From assembly GCF_009834535.1 (NCBI RefSeq), contig NC_045699.1, positions 10,540,001 to 10,604,000 on the forward strand: a stretch of 64,000 nucleotides of DNA, written 5' to 3'. The notes beneath the pieces were generated by a model that saw only the letters and a list, made by a program, of their open reading frames with translations, did no database searches and was not told the origin of the DNA. The first letter of the stretch is position 1. Each line of letters starts with the position of its first letter. The DNA is from Camelus ferus. Lineage: Eukaryota. This document shows, one piece after another, positions 1 through 11,825 of the stretch. Position numbers and translations under genes: made by a program.

Positions 1-699
1 TACACACTAACTGTTGACAAATACTTGCTGAAGAAGAGAACAGCAGAATTGACTAAAACTCTCCGTTTCTAGCTGGTAGTGCTGCCTGTCTGTGTCACAG
101 AAGTTTAGAATCCTAGGCAACCAGACAGTCAGGGCCGACTTACCCTCTGAAGTCAACGGGTCCACATCCTCACACAGCAGGAGGCTGAGTCTCAAATGCA
201 GGTGACTTGCATGAAGCTATGGGGCCAGGCAGTGGCCAGTTCAGACCTAGGTCCCCAGTCTCAGGGTAGAGCTTCTAAGTCCAGGGACACCTGAAAAAAG
301 AGGGAAAAAAATGAAATAAATAAAAAAAGAAACTAAGTCCAGGGATACCTGACTGCAGCCAGGAACCACAGCAGTCCTGGATGCCTGGGGGTGAACAGAA
401 AGTGACTGAGCTCTGGACTGTCTCAGAGATTTGGGCCCCAGCCAGGAGACAGGGTGACCAGTCGGGGATTCCTTAAGGTATACAGGGTCAAGGAGACCAG
501 CAGAAACCGCAGGAAAGCTCCTTGAAAAGTCTCATGTGTAAATTAGTACCTCTGGTCTTTTTGCCAGAGGCCTTGAGTTTAATTCATTTGTTTGCTTATT
601 ATTTCATCAAATATCTATTGAGGATATTTCTTATGTCAGGTTGTAGGCATCAGGATTACTATAATGAACAAGATATAGACAAAATCAGATAGGAAGCAT

Positions 700-1150
700 C
701 TGGATGCAAAAATGAGGAAATCTGATTCAATCTGTTTTGGGCAACAGTGGTAATTCACTGGTTCACGTAGCTGAACAATCAGAGGAAAGCTTCAGGTGAG
801 GCTTGATCCAGCACCTATGTCCATTCTGTTTTTCCTCTCTCGCTTCCATGGTGTCAGCCTCATTCTAAGCCTGGATTCTCTTATGGTTCCAAGACATCTG
901 GCAGTAGCTCCAGGCTACAAGCTTCTAGTTAATGTCCAGCAGGGAAGGGGGAGCATCTTTGTCACAGCAGTTTCAACAAATACCCAGAGGTGCACTCTGA
1001 TTGGACCAACTTAGTTACATGTCCACCCCTGAGTCACAAGGATGGCCCAATCTGATTGGATTAGCTTAAGTCACATGTTCCACCTCTGGCCCCAAGAGAG
1101 ATGTCAGCTCCATCTATTCCCAAATAGATGCTGAGGAGTTAGGAAAGGGG
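700..1150. mobile_element. MaLR (MLT1-like) LTR remnant
   Basis: Characteristic CTGATTGGACCAACTTAG..CACATG..CACCCCTGA segments. Confidence 0.55.
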
Positions 1151-1330
1151 AAACCAGAACCTACCAAATAGTTCCTGTCTTCATGCAACCTAAAGCCTAA
1201 TTAGCGGAGGAGACTACAAGTACAACTGAACAAAATTGGGAATTGAGACATTTTACTAGAGCAAAATATTGGTATAGGACTGGTTACATTATTTGTGGGG
1301 CTTAGTGTAAAATGAAAATGCAGGGGCCCT

Positions 1331-1492
1331 GGGGGGAGGGTATAGCTCAGTGGTAGAGTGTGTGCTTAGCATGTATGAGGTCCTGGGTTCAATTCCCAGT
1401 ACCTCCATTTAAAAAATCTTTTTTATTAAAATAAATAAACCTAATTGCCTGCTCCTCCCCAACCTGCTCCTCCCCCAAAAAAAGAAATCATA
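1331..1492 (+). mobile_element. camelid tRNA-Ala-derived SINE (Vic-1 type)
   Basis: GGGGAGGGTATAGCTCAGTGGTAGAG (A box)...GGGTTCAATTCCC (B box), an A-rich tail, and an imperfect TSD gaaaa(t/c)gca(g/a)gggccct. Confidence 0.88.
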
Positions 1493-2075
1493 AGAAAACG
1501 CAAGGGCCCTTATTCAAAAATTATTTAGAATTTCAATACAGTGATAATATTAAGTCAAGGGCAAGACCCTTTTAAGGCCCAGGTCACCTGTCCATAAGCT
1601 AATCCTGTACCTCTATATTGAGACCTGAAGTATGAGAAGGAATCAGCCAAATGGGCTACCCCAGGTAAAGTTAACAGCTTGTGCAAAGGCCTGGTGGTAG
1701 GAGATCAAGTTCCCTGGAAAAGCTGTAGGACGTTTAGTGTTTCTGGAGCTTAGAGTACCAGATGAGACTGGAAAGTATGTGGGGTTAGGTTAATCCTGGT
1801 CATGGAGGATCTAGGAAACTGAAGCCTCCTAGGGCTCTTGCTTAGTGGTCCCTGTGAACCAAGCTAGGGGGCAGGGAGGAGCCAGCTGGAGGCCAGACCT
1901 TGCCTTTGATGGAGACCAGATGCACAGTGAACAGATCAGGGAGGTAAGGGAAGCATGGTGAGAGGCCCTGGTGTCAAGAGCTCCAGGTTGCTCTGAGACC
2001 CAGAGCAAGTTCCATCACCACTCTGCCTCAGTTTTCCCCTTAAGACCACAGGGGTATTATTACATGAGATGATTC

Positions 2076-2532
2076 TGAGACAGGCTGTGACCTGGGATCT
2101 GGGACCCTCTACTAGGGTGCTTACACTTGCACCTGGACAAATGTCTTCTCAAGCAACAGAATACAAAGAAACTATGAAGGACTGAAAATAACTACACACA
2201 GCCTCAGTCGGGGCAGTTATGAACAATGACGCAAAAAGGTCACAAACTAACTGCCATTTCTGAGGTGCTGAGAGCAAAAGCAAGGTATTGCACATAGCAC
2301 TAAGGAGGTGGGCAGATCACCTAAGCTATGCTCCTGCCCAACCCACAGATCTGCCCCCACCCTCGCCCCATTTAAGGAACCAGCTCACCTCCCCCTACCC
2401 CCACCTTGGGGAGTAAGCAAGGGTACCTGTTATTTATGTTCCCTCCCTTGTACTGGGGCACGGAGTCCCAATAAAGCCTTGTCTGAATTTCTTGTCTGTC
2501 CTCAAAGGGTCTAAGGACCCAGGATGGTAACA
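2076..2532 (+). mobile_element. solo ERV LTR (ERV1-like)
   Basis: TG...CA termini, AATAAA at 2470-2475, and a near-perfect 4-bp TSD attc/attt. Confidence 0.75.
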
Positions 2533-2612
2533 ATTTGATTCTTAACTTCCTCTCTAGCTCTAGCATTCTGCGATTCTTTCTGGGGTTCCTAAGAGTCTTA
2601 GATTAAGATGAT

Positions 2613-2710
2613 GGAAGAAAGGGAGGGAAGAAAGAAGGAAGGAAGAAAAGATGGAAGGAAGGAAGGAAGGAAGGCAGGAGGGGGAAAAAGACAAAGAAAG
2701 GGAAGGAAAT
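2613..2710. repeat. (GGAA)n-type purine microsatellite
   Basis: Directly visible. Confidence 0.85.
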
Positions 2711-2764
2711 CCCCTTTTCATAGCATGTTTTTATGTTAGTAAAAACTGTGCTGAACAAAGAAAT

Positions 2765-4265
2765 ACTGAGGAAAAAGGATAAAGCAAGAGGTGTAACCCT
2801 CTCAGACTTCAGACAATACTACAAAGCTACAGTAATCAAAACAGCATGGTATTAGCACAAAAACAGAATAGAGAGCCCAGAAATAAACCTACACATCTAT
2901 GGTCAATTAATCTTTGGCAAAGGAGGTAAGAATACACAATGGAGAAAAGACAGTCTCTTCAGCAAGTGGTGTTGGGAAAGATTGTCAGTTACATGTAAAT
3001 CAGTGAAGTTAGAATACTCCTTTGCACACAAAAATAAATTCAAAATGGCTTAAATACTTAAACATAAGACAGGACACCATAAATCTCCTGGAAGAAAACA
3101 GGCAAAATATTCTCTGACATAAATCATAGCAATGTTTGCCTAGGTCAGTCTCCCAAGACAAGAGAAATAAAAGCAAAAATAAACAAATGGGACCTAATCA
3201 AACTTACAAGCTTTTGCACAGCAAAGGAAATCATAAATGAAATGAAAAGACAACCTATGGATGGGGAAAAATATTTGCAAATGATGTGACTGTCAGGGGC
3301 TTAATTTCCAGAATATAAAAACAGCTCACACAACTCAATAACAACAGCAACAACAACAAAACAACAAACAATTCAATCAAAAAATGGGCAGAAAACCTAA
3401 ACAGACACTTCTCCCAAGAAGACAGACAAATGGCCAACAGGCACATGCTCAACATCCCTAATTATTAAGGAAATGCAAATCAAAACTACAATGAGGAACA
3501 CCTCGCACTTGTCAGAATGGCCATCATTAAAAAGTCCACAAACAATAAATGCTGGATAGAGTTTGGAGAAAAGGGAACCCTCCTACACTGTTGGTGGGAC
3601 TGTAATTTGGTAAGACATTATGAAAACAGTATGGAGATTCCTTAAAAAACTAAAAATAGAGTTACCATGTGATCCAGCAGTCCCACTCCTGGGCATATAT
3701 CTGGAGAAAATTAATTTAAAAAGATACATGTACCCCAATGTTCATAGCAGCACTATTACCCATAACCAAGGTATGGAAGCAACTTAAATGTCCATCAACA
3801 GATGACTGGATAAAGTTGTGGTGTATATATACAATGCATAAAAAAGAATGAAATAATGCCATTGGAGCAACAGGGATGGAACTAGGGATTATCATACTAA
3901 GTGAGGTAAGTCAGACAGAGAAAGACAAACATCATATGATATCACTTATATGTGGAATATTAAAAAAATGATACAAATGAACTTATTTACAAAACAGAAG
4001 CAGACTCACAGACATAGAAAACAAAGTTATGGTTACCAAAGGGGAAAACGTTGGGAGGGGGATAAATTAGGAGTTTGGGATTAGCAGATACAACTACTAT
4101 ATATAAAATAAACAAGGTCTTAATGTATAGCCCAGGGAAGTACATTTAATATCTTGTAATAACCTGTAACGGAAAAGAATATATGTATGTATAAATGAAT
4201 CACTATGCTGTACACCAGAAACTAACACAACATTGTAAATCAGCTAAACTTCAATTAAAAAAAAA
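2765..4265 (+). mobile_element. 5'-truncated LINE-1 (ORF2 3' end plus 3' UTR), artiodactyl-type
   Basis: Typical ORF2 segments (CAAAGCTACAGTAATCAAAACAG, AAATGCAAATCAAAACTACAATGAG) ending in CTTCAATT-polyA; ORF disrupted. Confidence 0.92.
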
Positions 4266-4560
4266 TAGTTACTCAGGAATTGTCCCCCCATCCCTGTCCC
4301 CCCCCCCGCCCCCCCCAAAAAAGTACCTGTGCTGAAGACTTGGAGAGATGGAGAGAGTTTACTTTGCACAAACCCAACACACTCAAGTTGAGTATCAGAC
4401 ACTCCTGTTCTTGGAAATCACTTTGGCTCCTCCACAGTGGTGATTCCGCTCTGGTATCTTTATCCTACTTAGCACCCTAGCCTCTGGTTTCTTTCCCTTT
4501 TTATCTTCCCTCCTCACTTTCTCCCTCTGGATTGCTCATTATGCTCTAAAATTTTTGGTA

Positions 4561-4724
4561 AAGAGGAAATGTACAGCTCAGTGGTAGAGTGCGTGCTTAG
4601 CATGCACAAGGTCTGGCGTTCAATCCCCACTACCTCCATTAAAAGAAAATAAACCTAGTTATCTCTCCCCCTCAAAACAGAATCAAAACAGACTTTAAAA
4701 ATTAAAAAATAGAGATAAATAAAC
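4561..4724 (+). mobile_element. camelid tRNA-derived SINE
   Basis: Same A/B-box head (AGCTCAGTGGTAGAG...GTTCAATCCCC) and AATAAACCTA tail. Confidence 0.82.
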
Positions 4725-4808
4725 GTTTGGTATTCAGCTGAGTAAAAGAGGCAAAAGGGTCATTAGCACAGGTCCTGAGATCTCTTTTCACGGGATTCAC
4801 TCTCTTTA

Positions 4809-4958
4809 GGTTTTTTGGTGTTTTTGTTTTTTTTTTTTTTTTGGCAGGGGGAGGTAATTAGGTTTTTTTTGTTTGTTTTTAGACGGGGTGCCAGGGATTA
4901 AACCCAGGACCTTGTGCATGCTAAGCATTGTTCTACCACTTGAGCTATACCCTGCCCC
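4809..4958 (-). mobile_element. camelid tRNA-derived SINE
   Basis: Reverse-complement head CTACCACTTGAGCTATACCC with a T-rich tail. Confidence 0.82.
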
Positions 4959-4979
4959 ACTTTATAAAATATTTTAAAA

Positions 4980-5107
4980 TTTTATTTATTTTATTTTTGG
5001 GAGAGGGAGGGAGGTAGTTTATTTATTTTTAGAGGAGGTACTGAGAATTGAATCCAGGACCTCATGCATGCTAAGCATGCACTCTACCACTTGAGCTATA
5101 CCCTCCC
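4980..5107 (-). mobile_element. camelid tRNA-derived SINE
   Basis: Reverse-complement head CTCTACCACTTGAGCTATACCCTCCC. Confidence 0.82.
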
Positions 5108-5739
5108 TCTCCTCAGGCTTTGAAAAGCAGTCTGTCCCCCTGCATTGCAAGGGAATAGAACTCTCTCCCCAAGATGATGGCCATTTACATGTCTGTCCCT
5201 GAGACTGAGCTTCACAGAGACAGGAAAACACAGATCTGGTTGTAAAAGCTAGCCCCTCATATGTTGCAAGGGGCTCAGTAAAAATTTGTGGGATGAATGA
5301 ATGGGATTATTCAGACCTCCCCTTAAAGCCCAGGTTCCTTTCTCTCTCCTCCCAGGGAATGGTTATGACAAAACATTAGAAGGGTCGGCTGTGGAAGAAG
5401 CTGGAACAAAGCCCTGGCTAGGACAGTTGTGGCGAAAGTTGTATTCTCCAAGGAGAGGGGGTTTAGGGATTCTTGGTGAACCTCAGATTGGGGTGGATGT
5501 ATAACCGAGAGGGAGGGGGCAGAGATGACACTAAGGTTCCATGCCTGGGTCCCTTGATAGGCCTGGGCACAGCCAAGAAAGGCACCCAGCCAGCCCCTCT
5601 GGCTGTGGCTGCGCCTACAGATCTTATCTGGGGCCCGGTTGGTGGATGATACTGAGTCATGGGACCTGCGGCCTAGGAAACAGTTCTGATGTTGAAACAG
5701 GCCCAGGGGAGGGGACAGGGTGGGTGTCTCTAGTTTGCC

Positions 5740-6230
5740 ACCAGCACAGACATCATCATTCACACTTCCTGTCATCCTTGGGTCACCTTTATGATCATCA
5801 CTCATATCCCACCCTATCATTCATTTGTCACCCTCATCATCATCCTGGCATCACAACCGCTGCCCCTTTCTTAACCGTGCTGTCACTTGACCCAGTTCCC
5901 ATCACCTGTGTTACTTCTCCAGATTGCCACCATCCCTATTCCAGCCCCATGCCCAAGGCTGTTGCTGTCTGAACCACCCTGTCATCCCTATCAAAGGCCT
6001 CTACCCCAACCCTGTCACTGGCTAGTTCCATTCCCATCTCCCCTGTCACCTTGACTGTCACCACCTGTCCCTGCCACCCTAGTCACCTTTGTCACCACAG
6101 CCCTCACTACCTGTTCCAGTCTCCATCACCTCTAAGTCATCTGGACTGTCGCCACCTTTCCCCATCCCCTCTGTTAGTTCACCGGCACTGCCCATCTCTG
6201 CCTCCTCCCTGTCACTATCATCCTCATTCA
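5740..6230. repeat. degenerate pyrimidine-rich low-complexity tract (TCATC/TCACC/TGTCACC units)
   Basis: Visible strand asymmetry and short recurrent units; accounts for the His/Pro/Cys-rich spurious ORFs here. Confidence 0.6.
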
Positions 6231-9200
6231 GGTCTGGAGACGGGCTTTCCCCTCAGGTTTAGACATTTTTCCAGCCTCTGGCCTCCTCTCGGCTTTCCTA
6301 TATGGATTTGCCAAGCTCCTTATCTTTGCTCTCTGCCCTGGCCAGGGGTACTTCATTTCACCACTATGTTGCCTGGACCCTGGGGCCTGGCATTCATGCC
6401 CAGAGTACTGAAAGAGTACTAGGTAGAGGCTCTGCCAGGAAGCCTTGAATCTTCTCTGCTTGCACACCTATGACACCTGGCAGTTCCTTCCGCCCAGCCT
6501 ACACCTAAAATCCCCACTTGTTAAACTGACTGTTATTTCCCTTTTAATTTTTACTTATTTATTTAATTTATTTATTGACATATAGTCAGTTACAAGTTGT
6601 CTGCTTCTGGTGTACAGCATAATTTATTTTCCTTTTTAGGATTCCTTGATGTCCCCCTCAGGTTACCTATCCCCCCATGACATACTCTCATAGCCCCCCT
6701 GTACCTTGAAATGTGACCCTTGTGATCAACTACTTAATCGTATAATCATGTGTTTATTCCCTGTTGTATTTTTGGTGTACCTTTTAATTTTTTTTTTTTT
6801 TTAACTTTTGAGCATTTTAAGGGCTTTTTAGCTGATCTGGCACAAGCACTTCTGACAAAGTTCAATCAGGGAAGCACATTTCCAGTTACTCATCAGAAAG
6901 TGAGGACGCTCAGAAGAAAGTCAGTTACTCATAGAACGAGAAAAAACATTTTGTTGTAATTAGGGCAAAGAGGATGGTGACTTGTACTGTCACCTCCTGA
7001 TTTCATCTTTCTGCTCTCCAAGGGAGTTGGAAGAAGCCAGGGGCGGAGGGGAAGGGAGAGGGCACCTCAAGAAGATCGCTTCTTCTGGCCTCTGGGAAAG
7101 CAGAAATTAAATCCTCGCCTCACACCATAAAACTCTTGGTTTTGAGAGCTAAATATATGAAAGGTTAAAATAAACCTGAGTATTTGTCACATTCTTTGTC
7201 CTAGTTATTTCATTGCTGTGAATTTATCCTTAGGAAAATAATTGGAGATGTAGATAAAGTCTTTGCTCAAAGATCTTCATTGCAGTGTTATTTATACCAC
7301 TGAAACACTGAAATACACATACAAATGAAGAAAATGAAACGTAAAATTTTAAATGTTGGAAACAAACTGAATACTCAGTGACGGAGGATAGATTAAATAA
7401 GGCATGGTTTGCTTCTTTGTTATTAAAATCACGGTTCTGAAGAGTTGACAATTATTCTGTAATCATGGCATTCAGTGAAAAGGGCTTATACAAATAGGGT
7501 TATACAGAACAATTTTCAATTATGTCAACAGAGTACTTAGAAAGATTAAAGGATAAAAGAGTGAAAGGATTAATAAGGCATTTTGTCATTTCTGAATTGT
7601 GAGAATTTATTTTTATAATCACACTATTACTTTTATAATAAGATGTTCAGAAGTAGACATCGAGAGAAAGACGTCCTAAAATAATCCATAAATTCTCCAA
7701 AGGAAGTGAAATTGCCTTAAGATCTAAGCAGTAATGTGGACTGATAGGCAAGAATTAGGGGGTGAATATGTAGTTAGGGACGGTGGTATACCAAGAAGGG
7801 TGGCAGCGGGAGTGATCTACCTCATCTGAGAGAAGTATTTTACTACTGACATTGCTTAGAATTGCTGCTGCTGCTAGTAAGAAGCAGACTGACTTTTAGT
7901 CAGTTTGGTCATTTTTCAGTTCTCTGCTGGTCATGCCCCAATCTACTGTTTGTCCCCAGGGAGGACTGCCCACCCCCCCCAATCTAGTATGCTATTGGTA
8001 AGGAACTCTGATTACTAGGTGAGCTGGTCTGTTTTCCTCCCCTCAGCACTGAGCTGGGGGATTTCAGCGGCGCCCAGCTTGTCAAAACTGCAGGGCAAGG
8101 TTGTCCTCTGTCGGAGTTGACGCCTGCATGTGACTCCTCTGGCATCCCCAGCTTCCTCAGAGGAACCCTCTGAGTCTCCTGGCTAGCGGCTGTCTGTAGC
8201 AATGAGGCCACACTGTGCAGGGATGGGCGACTATGCACTATCCAGCCCCTGATCTAGAGCTCTCCTTGCCACTAAACCATCCTGAGGCCTTGGGCCGTCT
8301 CTCAGGGTCCACACTCTCAAGCCCTTGTGGGGGGCCTCACTTTGCCCACCAATAAAACTGGGGCATTTGGTGACCTGGGCCCTGGGGTCCTTTATGGAAC
8401 TTCACAAGTTGGGGAAGGGATGTCAGCCACAGGCATGATGGGAAGCTGCCCCCTCAGGTTTCCTTGTCCTGTTCCTTTCTGACCTGTGTGAGACATGCTA
8501 CCACAGGGGCCTAGCTGGGTTGGGTGTGTCAGCCAGCAGGACAGAAGGCGAGTCTGGACAGGTGGACAGTTGAGCCTGGGCCCCAGGATGGGGTGTGTGT
8601 GTGTATGTGTCGTGGAGAGGCGGTAGATGAGGGTGGATCCCAGGCAAAGATTAAGGATGGGAGAGGTGGCTCCAGCAGGTTGGCTGACCTTGCTTGGTGA
8701 CAGCCCTCAGGAACTGCAGAGACAGAAGCTGGGTTGGGCTGGCTGGGGCTAGGGAGGAGCTAGGGGTAGAGGACAGACCCTTGGTGAGGTCACTGCTAGG
8801 GTGGGAGCCAAGGTCCTGTTCTGGGAAGGAAAAGCGGTGCCATGAAAGCAGGAGAGATTTGGGTGAGACTAAGGAGGGGCAGGTTATGGGAGGATGAGGT
8901 GCCTCTTTATTTGGGCTGCTTCCCAGGAGGGTAGGGAAAAGCTGTACCACCCAGCCCCAAAGGGAGAGAGAGCTGTCTTGTTAGAAGGAAGGAAAGATGG
9001 ACAGAATGACCTGGGGAACAAGGTAGCCTGTAGCTCTTGGCCAGGATTTGGGGAATTCACAGTTGAAGAGGATGCTCTGGGACATCTAGGGCTTGGTTCA
9101 GGCACCTTGCCAGCCCTGGACCTCAGTTGTTCCTCTGTGAAATGGGGAGACTCTCCTTGGTCCTTGCCTACCAAAGACAAAGTGTTCCCTAACCTGCTCA

Positions 9201-10204
9201 CCAAAGACCAAGGAGTCTCCCTTAAAAATTCATTCTGAAGTACAGGGGAGCTAAGAGAAAATTTAGTTGGAATTTGGGCTGAGTAAGGTGGATAGTGGGG
9301 ATCCTGGACCCACTGTGGGGAGAGTGGTGCTTTAGGATACAAGTAGCCTGACCAGACATCCCCCCCTCAAGGCCCCCACAACAACGAGGCAACATTCTGA
9401 CCCTGCCTTCTCAGACATTCTGAACCCCTGGATTAAGCCCCTCTCATCAGCCTGTTTCCTAAGTCTCTTTGCCCTGGGGTCCTTCCTTAAGGCCCCTCCC
9501 TGTTTCATTCCACAAATATTTATCCAGCACCTGCTATTTGCCAGGTATTTTCTAAGCCCTAGGGATTCATAGGTGAACAAGATTGTTGGTCCTTGAGGTC
9601 ATCCCCCCACCCCCCACCTCTGCCCCAGGGGATAAAGGAAGGAAAAAAGTGAGGTAGCTTAGACTTTTCTGGCTGTACAAACGAGAGCCCACATGGCTCT
9701 GGGAACCCAGAGAAGGTACCACATCCAACCCAGGGGAGGTTGGGGCCGAGATAACGTAGACCCTGAGTCAGGAAAGGCCAGTGGGTGTTTGCCAGGATGG
9801 CCGTGGGGGACAGAAGGGGCAGAGGCATAGGTTCTGGACCCACTCCAACAGGCTAACAAGAGCCAATTGTTAAGTTTTCAGGAATTTGACAAACTACTTG
9901 CTAAACACAGCCATTATTAAAAATTAAATTACATAAATGTATAAGTACAGAAGTTATTTTTAAAACAAAAGCTAATAATCAAACTCATCACTTCCTAATT
10001 GTTATTACATTTTACTATTATCTATGCTCTTGAAGTTATTTGTATCTATTGAACCTTTAAGGTGGAGGAACTACATAATGGTACTGGTGCTCATTTCTAC
10101 ATTGGTAGTTTGAAACGGGCCATGGTGGCAGTATTTGCATCACTGAAAGTTTGACTAACACTACAAATCAGGGCTTAATTTATGGTTTTGTTGACTGCAT
10201 GGAC

Positions 10205-10773
10205 CAGAGGTTAACAAACTACAGTCTGCAGGTCAAATCCAGCCTGTGAGCTAAGAATGGTTTTTACATTTTTTAATAGTCAGAAAAAAACCGTAAGAAG
10301 AATATTTTGTGGGAGAGGGATGAATTAAGAGTTTGGGATCAACATGTACATATTACTATACATAAAACAGATAAACAACAAGGACCTACTGTATAGCACA
10401 GGGAACTATATTCAATATCTTGTAATAACCTATAATGGAAAAGAATCTGAAAAAGCATATATATATATACTTTTATATACATGTATATAACTGAATGTAC
10501 ACCTGAAACTAATGCAACATTGTAAATCAACTATATACTTCAATTTTAAAAAAAGAATATTTTGTGACACATGGAAATCATATGAAATTCAAATTTCAGT
10601 GACCACAAAGGAAGTTGTATTGGAACACAGCCTTGTGCATTTGTTTACATACTGTCTGTGGCTGCTTTCACCCTATGGTGGCAGAGCTGAGTTAGTTAAA
10701 CAGGGACTATATGCCCCGCAAAACCTAAAATGTTTACTGTTTGACCCTTTACAAAAATGTTTATTGACCCCTG
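10205..10773. mobile_element. MER58-like hAT-Charlie MITE, interrupted by L1
   Basis: CAG...CTG termini, MER58-type body (GAGCTAAGAATGGTTTTTACATTTT), and a GTCTAGAC hAT target on the right. Confidence 0.75.
10312..10552 (+). mobile_element. L1 3'-end fragment with 14-bp TSD
   Basis: L1 3' UTR ending CTTCAATTTT-polyA, with perfect TSD AAGAATATTTTGTG at 10298-10311 and 10553-10566. Confidence 0.9.
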
Positions 10774-11659
10774 GTCTAGACTTAAGAAAGTGATGGAGAA
10801 AATGTTAATAATGCAGATGAAACATAAAAGTTTGTCATGTCTGTAGCCATTATGTTGTGAATAGCACAAAACTCTGAGTAACATTCTTCCAATATTTGCA
10901 AACTACCAACCAATTCAGCAAAAAAGGTCACATATCATTGGCGGATGGCTGATGTTTCAATACACGTCTTTGTTCTCTTACTTTTGTCTTACTGTTTAAT
11001 GTAAATGAAAATATCAACCAACATTTATGTTGGAACTACATTCACTAGTCAATGATGTGAATGACTTTCTGTGGAATCAAACAGAAATCAAGCATTTGTT
11101 CATAATCTGATTTTGTCAAATCCTGGATGAATTGCAACCATAGTTTGGCTACAGATAAAAGGGCTGGCAAAAATGAGAGAAAGCCTTCTACAAAGCAACT
11201 GATGCTGTAGAATTTACAATAGAGATCACTGTATATTTTCGTACTATTTGTAAATTGTGTGCTCTTTTACAGCTTTATACCAATAAAATGTATAATGAAC
11301 TTGTGTTTGTATATAGATGCACAAATTTTTTCCAGATGTTAAGCGTTTACCAGCACAACATGGGACAGAGGGGCCAGGCAGAGAGTGTCCAGGGGAGTCT
11401 GTGTGTTCAAAGCAAAATGAGAGGAGAAATGGTGAGGCTGAAGAACCGGGACAGATGTGAGGGGCCTTGTGAGTAGAGCTTGTGAGCCAGACACTATTCT
11501 GAGGGCCATGGGGAGCCACGAAGGGATTTCAAGTACAGGAGAGACTCCCTCGGATTTGCGTTCACATCATGTTGACAGGTTGGGAGAAGATTAGATTGTT
11601 AGGGACAGACTACAAGGCACTGAATTAGTGGAGAGGGGAGAATAGTAGCAGCAAACTCT

Positions 11660-11825
11660 CAGCACTTACACAGGCCAGGCCCTCCCCTGAGCACTTCATA
11701 TGTGTTATTGCCTCCCTTTGACAGATGAGGAAACTGAGGCACGGAGAGACTAAATAATTAGTAAGCAACAGAGTTGGGATTTAAACCCAGGAGTCTAGCT
11801 TCAGACGCCACACTCTTAACCACTA
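11660..11825 (+). mobile_element. MIR
   Basis: Core TGACAGATGAGGAAACTGAGGCACGGAGAG...GGGATTTAAACCCAGG. Confidence 0.8.

Larger units (their letters stand above)
9822..11362. mobile_element. hAT-Tip100 (Arthur1-like) DNA transposon fossil, interrupted
   Basis: The ends resemble Arthur-type termini (GAGCCAATTGTTAAGTTTTCAGGAATTT ... GTTTACCAGCACA); family assigned from memory. Confidence 0.5.

Noticed and set aside
138-146. Perfect minus-strand donor GG|GTAAGT
   Set aside because: It is isolated, with no linked exon or coding similarity; such matches are expected by chance.
1331-1405. tRNA-Ala(AGC)-like sequence
   Set aside because: The acceptor stem is degenerate, and it has a SINE tail, a TSD and several diverged copies in the window, so it is a SINE rather than a tRNA gene.
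4266-4336. Possible L1 3' transduction (CTGTGCTGAA on both sides of the L1)
   Set aside because: The repeat is only 10 bp, is not adjacent to the A tail, and the L1 5' boundary is uncertain.
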